Assembly (NCBI GenBank): GCA_013265495.1
Contig: MU058384.1
Coordinates: 867,622-931,621, forward strand
Source: Vicugna vicugna
Lineage: Eukaryota
Direction of reading: 5' to 3'
Length of the DNA: 64,000 nucleotides
The translations under genes and the position numbers were made by a program. The notes below the pieces were generated by a model. That model was not told the origin of the DNA. It saw only the letters and a list, made by a program, of their open reading frames with translations, and made no database searches. Positions 51,039 to 60,990 of this stretch are shown in pieces (position 1 is the first letter of the stretch; the number at the start of each line of letters is the position of its first letter).

Positions 51039-51601
51039 AAGATTACTTTTTATTTACAGCTGTTGAGAAACTTCAACAGAGCTATTTTTTTTTGAAAAAC
51101 TTAATTCAATACTGTCTAATACTCCTTTTCTATGATAAAGGTTGGGAACACATGCTTGTGTACCAAATGACTTTTGAAAGAAATTTCTGTAAATTTAAGT
51201 AACATATAAAGATGGATTAGATTACAAGGTGACCAACAGCTGTTACAATAAAAACAACCAGATAAAAATATAAATCTCAAAGAATAAAACATACTAATGT
51301 TATATAAAAAAAATTAGAGTTCAACCAAACTCTGGATAATCTTTTGGAAACTGAATTATAATCTGATAGAAATGGTATGCCAATGGGTTAGAAGAGGTTT
51401 TGGTGTTCTTTTTAACAATGAGAAGAAAGTGCATGAAAGATTTTGAACACTTTCTTAAACTGTGGAATTTGTTACTTTTCAAATTGGATCAAGAAGAACT
51501 TGCACTCTATTTGACATACTCTATGAATGTTTCCCATACCAGTTTCTTTTCAATGGAAACAACTAGATCAATGTCACAACTTCAAATGACATAAACACGT
51601 A

Positions 51602-52338
51602 CTATTAGGGGCTGAATTTTGTCCCTCCGAAAGGATAAATTGAAGTTGTAACTCCCAAATTGTGACCTTGTTTAGAAATAAGATCTTTACAGACAGAACT
51701 AATCAAGTTAAAATAAGGTTATTAGAGTGGGTCCTAATCCAATGTAACTGGCGTCCATATAAGAAGGAGACATTTAAAAAAAATATGTAAGTCATTGGGA
51801 TATAATATACAGCATGGCTACTATAGTTAATATACTGTATTGTATATTTGTAATTCACAAGAGAGTAAAATCATAAAAATTCTCATCACAGGGAAAAAAT
51901 ATTCTGCAACTATATATGGTGACAGAAATTAACTGGACTTTTTGTGGTGATCATTTCAAACTATATACAAATATCAAATCATTATGTCATACACCTAAAA
52001 CTAATATACTGTTGTATGTCAACTATGCCTCAGTTGAAAAAAGGGTGGGGAGACTGGACACAGAGACAGACATACACAGAGAGCAGCTGAGTGAAGACAC
52101 ACAAGAAGAATGCTCTGCGAAGACAGAGAGACAGCTGTAAGCCAAGGAATGCTAAGGACCACCCATGACCACCAGAAGCTAGGAAGAGGTAAGAACAATT
52201 TGACCCCAAAAGAGCATGGCTCTGCCCTATAGATTTCAGAACTTCTAGAGTCCAGAACTGTGCGAGCAGTAAACTTTTATCATTTTAAGCCAACTGGTCT
52301 ATGGTACATTTTTTCAGAAGCCCTAAGATACTAATTCA
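51602..52338 (+). mobile_element. MLT1C-like LTR interrupted by an L1 3' end
   Basis: gggctgaattttgtccc...gggtcctaatccaatgtaactggcgtcc...[insert]...ggacacagagacagac...aagccaaggaatgc...ccagaactgtg...agccctaagatactaa. Confidence 0.85.
51783..52042 (+). mobile_element. L1MA9-like 3' end nested in the MLT1
   Basis: taagtcattgggatataatatacagcatgg...tgtggtgatcattt...acacctaaaactaatata...cctcagttgaaaaaa. Confidence 0.85.
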
Positions 52339-54004
52339 TCTATATTATAGAATACCATTTAGCAATGAATAAAGTTATAGTGTGCTTTCTGGCTCTAAAA
52401 TTGAATCATAAAATCTTACATTTAATTCTATCAATAACAGAAACATAAATTAGCCAATGGAAAAATTCATTGATAATTTAATTATACTATATGGTACAGA
52501 AGAAATAGATCGTCCAAAACATAATCTTTTATATTAGGAGGATACTAATGAATATCGGTCATTGGAGAGCACTTTTAATAAATATAAATTTTATCTAATC
52601 AATAATACAAATCCACGTGTCATCAAACCTATCCATTTTTATTTACTGGATTTGGTAAAGTAAATACCATTTTATTGCAAATTGGAAGCTGAATGAAAAT
52701 TAACCAGGCCTCTTTTGGAGATAAAATCACAATATTACACATAAATAGGATTTGTGTTGCTATGGGTTGTACAATTCATTATCAATTTTTTGAATTAAAG
52801 ATTCTTAATGCATGCTATGTTTAAAGGGTCTACAGATCACTTACAAAAGACTAGAAAGGCCCTTTTGCAGACTTCTTTGATGTAGATAATATCAGACTCC
52901 CTATATTCTTTGTAGAAGGTTGTTTGCATGCATATAATACTTCCCAACTAATCTGCACCCTTTAGGATGACCCTGAGGCTATGATGAAAGCCACATATTT
53001 CAAAGTTTCCAGAGATATTGGCCCTTTTTAATCTTTCCTTTTAAAATAGAACCATTTCAACCTTAGAACTCTGTGATTTATTATTCTCAGTCATATTTAC
53101 CAGCGATAAGTAGCACCTGAGCTTTGTAACAAAGTTCATCACAACCATAGCAGGGAATATAACAGGAGATGAGGGAGGCATTATTCGCTAAATCGTATCC
53201 ATTCCAGCTTACCAGACACACATAAAGTCCTGCACACACCATCAAAATGACAGCAAGAAGAGATTGATATTAATTTAACGTTCACTGTTCATTCTTCACT
53301 GAGATCATTTCAGTGTTAAAGCACGATTTATTACGTAACTATTCTTAATTTCAGTATAGCATGGACTTGCACAAACGTACACCATGTGCTTTTATGCTTC
53401 CTTAAAGTTGTTTCCATGATAGCAGAAGGACAATTCTCTAGCTGCACCATCCAGAAAATAATAATTGACATTTGCCTAGCCTTTATTATGTATCAGGCAC
53501 AGTTCTGAGCTCCTCACACGTACTAAATAAATTAATCTTCATAGTAACCCTGAGGGCATCCCAAATACAGAGCAGGAAAAAAAAACAGCCATCTGATCTC
53601 TCATTGGTATGCTTCTTTATCTAAGCATATTTCACATTCATTCAGGTGCTGACTGAGCAATTCAGACAAAAAAACACAGATACATGAAGAATGTGTCAGT
53701 CCTTATCTGTAAGGATAATCTGCAGCTGGAGATATTTTCTACCATTGCCAAAGAAATGCTGCATCAACGTGGAAATGAAGTGAATGTCTCAAAGTGACCA
53801 AATGCTCTGTATTGCTTTCCACAAAAATGGTGATGATGGACATGCCATGGGTTGGGTCTCTGCAGATCTGAATTTTGACATTGACTCTGAGTCTCTCTAG
53901 TTATCTGATTGATGAATGGTAAAGTCAAACACCTTGGACAGACCTCTATTTTCCCACTTTACAAATGACACGAAAGCTTAAAATTTCTTTGATTTCTAAA
54001 ATGT

Positions 54005-54475
54005 AATAAATTCATGCACTTAACACTTATTGTGTACAAACCGTGATAGATGAATAAGATATTTTCAGATACAAAGATGAGTAAGATAGTTTCACGAACC
54101 TAATATTCTAATTTTCAAATTGATATCATAAGTGCCATGAGAGAGTGAGGTCAGATTACCATATAAGAAGCTGAAAAAGAACATTTAACATAGACTGGCT
54201 GAATTATGATAGTTTTCTGAAGGAGATAACAGAAATTTAAGTCTTGAAATCACTTAGGGCTTAACTATGTTATAGACAGAAAAACATTTCAGACAGAGGA
54301 ATCATTTGTGTGCTAAGGTATGGAGGAAAGAGATAGCTGAGTTTATTTGAAGAACACATGTAATCAAGTGTGGTTTACATATAAGGAATAACACAGAAAT
54401 AGAGAAAAAAATTGAGAAAATTAGCTGGGATGAGATCATAAAGGGGTTGCTATGCCATACCAAATAATTCTGCAC
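54005..54475 (-). mobile_element. L2 fragment
   Basis: gatacaaagatgagtaagatag...ataagtgccatgag...catttcagacagagga...agatcataaagggg...tgccatacc. Confidence 0.6.
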
Positions 54476-54519
54476 ACAAATCAGTATTTCCCAATATATT
54501 GTTTCTGAAAGTAACTGGA

Positions 54520-54931
54520 CCATCCTACACTGCTGGTGGGAATGTAGTTTGGTACAGCCATTATGGAAAACAGTATGAAGATTCCCCAAAAAGCTAAAAA
54601 TAGACTTACCAAATGATCCAGCAATCCCACTCCTGGGTATATATCCAGAGAGAACTCTAATTTGAAAAGATACATGCACCCCAATGTTCATAGTGGCACT
54701 ATATACAATAGCCAAAATATGAAAGCAACTTAATATGTCCATCAACAGATGACTGGATAAAGAAGTTGTGGTATATTTACACAATGGAATACTACTCAGT
54801 GAAAAAAAAGAATAAAATAATGCCATTTACAGCAATATGATTGGACCTAGAGATCATCATTTTAAATGAAGTAAGCCAGAAAAAGGAAGAAAAATACCAT
54901 ATCACTCATGCGTGGAATCTTATTAAAAAAA
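54520..54931 (+). mobile_element. Relatively young L1 ORF2 C-terminal fragment lacking the 3' UTR
   Basis: Translates [42 protein letters not shown] (cysteine-rich C-terminal motif of ORF2p); ends ggaatcttattaaaaaaa. Confidence 0.92.
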
Positions 54932-55099
54932 CAATAGAAATAACTTGAGAGATGGTATATAATATACTAAATTTTTAGAGAGAAAATACAAATTAGCATA
55001 TTAAAGGCTCACAAAAATTCTGAAATAGATTAAATTTCAACACATTTTCCCAAATTCTCAAATGTACTTGATGATGAAAATTTTTAAATAAATTTTTAT

Positions 55100-57230
55100 T
55101 ACAAATACCATGCCTGCAAAAAAACCTCACAACTTAAAACTGTACATGTTGATGAATTATGTAACTCAGTAAAGGTAAGAAAAAAAGAGAAAGAGGCCAA
55201 AAACACCTTAGCAGTTCATCTGCTGCATCCTTCTAATGATTACCCTATTCTGCTCCCAAAAGCTTACTCCAGTCTGATTTCCAATGTCATACTAGCTTTT
55301 CCTGTTTTAAAACTTTTTATAAATAAAGTTTTCCATCAATTTATTGTGGCCAGTTTCCTTTGGGTCAAAATTATATTTAGCATTTCATTCATGCTGTTGT
55401 GAGTAGAGATAATTCATTTTCATTACTGTATAGTATTCACTTATAAAATCACCAAAAATTAATTCATTAAACACTTGCTGACAATTTTTGAGGCTATTAT
55501 AAATAGTTCTATTAATATTTTCCCAAATGTTGTTTGTTGCACACATGTACATAAGTTTGTCAGTATAAACTTTGGAGTCAAATCACTGCATCAAATAAAA
55601 TGAAATATCCAATATTAGTAGGTACTAGACTTATCTTCCCAAGTAGTCTTCCAATTTATACACCCACCAAGAGTATGTTAGGTGGGACATACATAGCCAC
55701 CTATGTGGATATGTACATAGGTGGGTATATATGTAACTGTATGTATCTGTCAACAATTGATATTGTCAGTCTTTTTAATTTAGACCATTCTTGTAGTGCT
55801 TTTGTGGTATCTCAAAGTGTTTAATTTGCTTTCTCCTGACTAATAAGGAAGTTGAGAATCATTTCATAATTTGGCCATCTGGAAATTTTCTTTGGAAAAT
55901 GCCTCTTCATTATCTCTTCTCCATTTTATTATTGGGTTGATGATTTGTTTGATTGATAGGGTGATGGTTTATTTCTCCACTTTTCTTATTGATTTGTAGG
56001 AACCCTTTAAATATTCTGAAGACTTGCACTTTGTCAAATCAGTAATATTGTTGTCCAGTATACGATTTAGCATTATACTCTCTTAAAGTTATCTTTTTAT
56101 AACTAGAAATTTCCACATTAATAGAGGATAAGGTAGTAGTCAAGATATTTTTAAATAGATACATCCAGTTAATGAAGCACTATTTTATTAAAAAGGTTAT
56201 TATCTTTTTTGCTATAGTACAATTTTGTTGTAAATCAGCTGTCCATGCATGTGTGTCTCTGTTCTATTCGTCTATTTTTCTATCTCCATGCCAATACCAC
56301 ACTGTTTTAATTTGTATTAAAAATTAAATGCTAGGTATATTAAATTTGCATTTTTTATAGACCTGATAAAAATTAAGGAAGGTAACTGCACCTTAAATTG
56401 GAGAAAATATTAGGCACAAAGTTATTTGATTTCTTAGGGGAAGCTACAAAGTTACATTTTAGGGAGTTATTTGAATGGCAATAATCTTCTAGGTTAAACT
56501 ATAAAAAGTAGTTTAACCCTCTACTATGCCAGGGCATCAAAGTTCTGTCACTAACACAAATTTGAGTTACACAAAGCGACACATTTTCTACGTGAATGCT
56601 TCAGTGAGGTGCCATTTTGAGATAAGACCACAGGCAGAAGAGCTCTAAAATGACTTTGATATCCACAAAAATAAGCCATCCCCTCTGTTCTTTTTCAAGA
56701 TCAACTAAGTTATGTGTGGCCCTTTGTAGTACCATCATCCAAGCACATACACACACATCCTGCAGGAAATCTTGCTGGAATCTGATTAAGATGGTAATTA
56801 ATGTAGAAAAAATTTCAGAAAAATGTACATCTTTACAGTATCAGGTTCTCAAATTCATAAATACAATGCATCCCTTCATTTCTTTCATTGATTACATTTT
56901 ATAAGTTTATTCACAGAGGTCTTGCACATCTTTTGTTAGATTTAGCCTATATAATTTAAAGTACTTGATACAATTTTATATTACATATTTTAAATATCTC
57001 CTTTTTATTCACTTTGTTGCTGGTATATAGAGACATAATTGCTTTTGTATATTGACCTTGTAGCCCATGATTATGCTAAATGCATTAACATTTTAATAAT
57101 GTATGTGTTGGTTCTTTTGGATTTTCTATATCATAGTCATATAATTTGTGAACAAGAATGTTATGTATTTCTTTTAATTCTTACACATTTTTCTATTGTT
57201 TTAAAGAATTAGATAAGATCTTTTATAAAA
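55100..57230 (-). mobile_element. L1ME-like 3' UTR plus ORF2 remnant, with a non-L1 island at about 56312-56678
   Basis: ttcattttcattactgtatagtattc...ccaatttatacacccacca...tattgtcagtctttttaattt...tgccaataccacactg...gaggtcttgcacatcttttgttagattta. Confidence 0.75.
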
Positions 57231-57247
57231 TATTTATTCCAATACCT

Positions 57248-57620
57248 TAGGGCTCCCTCTTAATATTGTACATTATATGGGTTTGGATAAATTTGTAATG
57301 GCAAGTGTCAGTTATTAGAGTACCATTCAGGGTATTTTCACTACCCTAAAAATCCTCTGCGCTCTACCTATTCATCCCTTCATCCCTCCTCCCACCCCTC
57401 AACCCCTGGAAACCACTATTTGTTTTCCATAGTTCTGTCTTTCCAAAACGTCATACAGTGGAATCAGATAGTATTTAACTTTTTCAGATTGGCAACCTTC
57501 ACTTCTTAATATGCATTTAAGGTTCCGGCATGTCTTTTCATGGCTTGCTAGTTCATTTCTTTTTAGTGCTGAATAATATTCCATTATCCAGATGTACCAC
57601 ACTGTATTTAGTTATTCCTT
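57248..57620 (-). mobile_element. L1MC1/2-like 3' region
   Basis: tatgggtttggataaat...tttcactaccctaaaaatcctctgcgctctacctattcatccct...atgcatttaaggttcc...ttagtgctgaataatattccatt. Confidence 0.85.
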
Positions 57621-59530
57621 TAAAAAATATCTCTGTAAGTATTTGTAACAATATCTTTTTGGTTTAATCCTTTAATAATTTATGTGGATAAATATATTTG
57701 TAATAACATTTTTATGCCTTATGTAGCCTTAAAGAAATAATAATGATAATGTAGTATACATTTTAAATGAAAATCAGCTCTAACTGAAAAATGTTATCTT
57801 AAATTCTTATCACTCAAGAATCAAAATTCTGACATCCTGAAGACTCTAACTCACTAAAATAATAAATACCCAAAATTGGATTATAATTAGTTAAAACTAA
57901 AAAGGACAGAAAAATAACTGAGAAATGATAATTAACCTTTTTAGCAATTACAGATTTTTGCTTATCAGCTATTTTATTCAATTAGTGTTTAAGTTTTATG
58001 TTAAGTAATTAGCAGGTCACATCAGAAGACAGAAAACAATATTTAACAAAAACATCTACTTATTCCTGATACACTTGAGATGATTATCTCGCTATGACCT
58101 CAGTGTTTCTGTAAAAATTTAGAAAGTCTTTATTTATACTGAAATATGTGAAAGATGCATGCTAATTTTAAGGCTTAGAAATAGAACAGAAGATGAAGAT
58201 GCCTTTTCCTAAAAAGTGCATAAAATTAATTTGACTAATGTGAATGAATATGCCCTAATAATGCTTCATCAATTTGTGTGAATAATGCTTCTAAATAACT
58301 TATATTAATAACCTTATTCTTATCTACAAGTAACTGACCCCACTTAACCAAATCTATTATCTTCATTAGCACAAAGTATGTTGTACATTTGTTGCAGATA
58401 AGTATGTTTGGTGATATAGGACTGAAGACAGTTAAGAAAAATATCTAAAAAAATTTTTTTTAAATATCAAGTCCTTATACTATGGTAATAATTATCATAT
58501 GAGTTGCAAGGAAATGAAGTGGATAGAGGGGAAACCTGTAAATTAAGACATTTAAAGAGCATTTCAAGTTAAAAAGGAAAGGGAACAGCTAAACTACAAA
58601 ATCTAGGGAAATACATTAGCCTAATAGACCTATAAAGAAATGTATATTAGTGCTTTAAATGTATAAATACAGAATCTAACATTTTTCTACACCAGAAAGG
58701 ATTATCAAAAGCACATTCTGAGTGTGAACACTCCACATAAATATTCTCGGTGACGTGCCAACAGCCGTACCCTGGAATCTTCAGCTCTTAACAAGACACC
58801 AGCACAGAATTTACAACCTGCCAACTCTCCCCTCTAATAACTGATTACTGACATCTTTTCATCCTGTGCACCACACAACCCATATTTATTCAAAAAGTCC
58901 CTAAGGACTCGGTAAAGAAATTGTCACAGGACTTAGCTCACACACTCAGAAGGCCTGGGAACACATCTACTAGACCTGTTGTCTTGAAATAGCTTTCATA
59001 CCTTTCATCATCTGATTCTGGCGTGATCCTGGTGAATATTTTATCTAGAATGTGACATCCTCATTTTTCTAATTCACCATCAAACACACAAGAATGATTT
59101 AATTATTCTAGGGACTTCATTTAAAGGTAGGTCAGAGTCTAAAAAATGAATTATTTTGCATAAGACATTTAAAACAATTCACAGTTGGGCCCCAGTCTAC
59201 CATCCCAGTCTCCTGTGTCTTCTCCTCTTATCCCATGGACCCAGAATTGTAGTCACATTTGGCCTCTCAACATTTCCTAAATATTCCATATATTTTCATG
59301 TCACTATGTCTTTCAATGTACATACTCATTATCTAAAATGTTTCTCTCACCCTCAATTGTCTGCAGGCGACTGTCTAACAAAACCAACACAAATACCATC
59401 TCTATTCTAGAGCTACTATTTCAGATCCATTTCTATCTACCTACCAAACAGAACTCATCACATGTATACCCACCACACTGTGACATTCAGTAGCCTCTTG
59501 TCTCTGTTTGAGATGACCCTGTGACACCCT

Positions 59531-59745
59531 GAGTAAGAGCACTGGCTTCAGGGTCAGAGGTCCTGAGTCTGAGTCACGACTACATCACTGATGACTGTGT
59601 AACCTCGAGCAAGTTCCTCAAACTCTCTGTCTCAGTTTCCTCATTTTTAAAATGGACATATGAATATGTTATGGACTGTTGTAAGCATTCCACAAGGTAA
59701 CATGCATAAAAGTTAGAATTGTGTTTAGCACATGCTCAATTATTG
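59531..59745 (+). mobile_element. MIR, near full length
   Basis: taagagcactggcttcagggtcaga...ctgtgtaacctcgagcaagtt...ctctctgtctcagtttcctcatttttaaaatgg...agcacat. Confidence 0.8.
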
Positions 59746-59896
59746 ACCTATTATCTTAATTATTTGCAAATATGCTTGACTGTTTTTTCTAAAAACTTCT
59801 GGAAAGAAGGAATTTTTTTTTTATCATTTTTCTATCACCAGTGGTTAGTGACTAGGTAACAGAAGAACCTCAGTCAAGGGTCATTATAATTATTCT

Positions 59897-60160
59897 GTGT
59901 ATCAGTCGGTGTTCTGTCAGAAAACCGAATGCCACTTCAGTTATTGAAAGCACAAGCCGACTGAATGTGTGAACGGAATCTCTACAAATCCAGGTGGATG
60001 GCCGGAAAAGCTGAAGTCAGAGCAGGCTCCTCTGACGCTTCAGATCTCCTACTGTAGATACGTCCCAGGTAGTCAGGAACTTGCTGCTGCTGCCCAGGTC
60101 AGAACCTTCCAGGAATTTGCCACTGATGGTCACAGCTGCCGGCAGGAGCAAGATGGGAGG
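59897..60160 (-). mobile_element. Possible ancient ERVL-type LTR fragment
   Basis: tgtatcagtcggtgttctgtcagaaaaccgaatgccact resembles the reverse-complemented 3' terminus of old ERVL LTRs. Confidence 0.35.
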
Positions 60161-60546
60161 CTCGCGGGAGAGTACCTGTGGAATTATACTCGTCTGCTGT
60201 GCTGTCAACGTCCCAAAATGTATGAGTGCAATGCAGGGGAGACCAGAGCAGGCTTTTGGTGAATGTTAATTGTCTGTTTACATCTGTTACTATGAATTAT
60301 AGGAATTTGCCTTTTAAATGCATGAAGATGGTTGAATATCAATAATTTCACACAGTTCAACCGTCAACATATGCTTTAATAAGGAGAGATAGTAAAATTT
60401 TTATACTTTTTAATTATGATAATAACTGCCAGACCCATTTTGCTCCATGGCCACCAAAATGGCTGTCATCTATTATCTACGTGACGAGAGCCTAAGGTAC
60501 AAAAATCTGTTTAAGTCTACGTAAGTATACAAGCTGTGTTGCTTAC

Positions 60547-60724
60547 ATGCACGGCAGAGCTGGTGGTCAAAAGAGAGTGAAAGGATGCTTTCTATAACCC
60601 TTTGATGCCCTCCTTCGTGAACTAAGGCCCAGCTCCTCAAATTCCCTGAACCATTGCTTGGCATCATAGCAAGCAAAGCATAATCTGAAGTCATTCTCAG
60701 CAGGATACGTGCTTGAAAACATCT
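60547..60724 (-). other. Exon-like segment (178 nt), product unrecognised
   Basis: Branch-like ttaac, acceptor ttattttctcctgcag| and donor cat|gtaagc; one frame open (RCFQARILLRMTSDYALL...DHQLCRA). Confidence 0.25.
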
Positions 60725-60859
60725 CTGCAGGAGAAAATAACTTCAGTTAAGCACATTTCCTATTACTATTAAAGATCATTTGACGAAAATAAAGGGAAAA
60801 CATTCAGCACCTATCCAGACAAGCAGCATTTACATTTACAGAATTGAAAGGGATGAAAA

Positions 60860-60990
60860 GAGGCCTTTCATTATAAATTTGTAGAATCTGAGGCTTACAA
60901 AGTGTGTCATCTTCTCAAGGTCATGAATAGATTTGGGGGCTAGAAACCAGGAGGAATGAACTCCTATTCAGTGACCTTTTTACTATGCAG
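60860..60990 (-). mobile_element. MIR fragment
   Basis: ttcattataaat...tagaatctgaggctta...ctcaaggtca...ggggctagaaacc...ctcctattcagtgacctttttactatgc. Confidence 0.5.

Noticed and set aside
54302..54826. Longest ORF in the track (174 aa, minus strand)
   Set aside because: Mostly the antisense reading of the L1 ORF2 C-terminal fragment, running on into flanking repeat sequence; a common artefact
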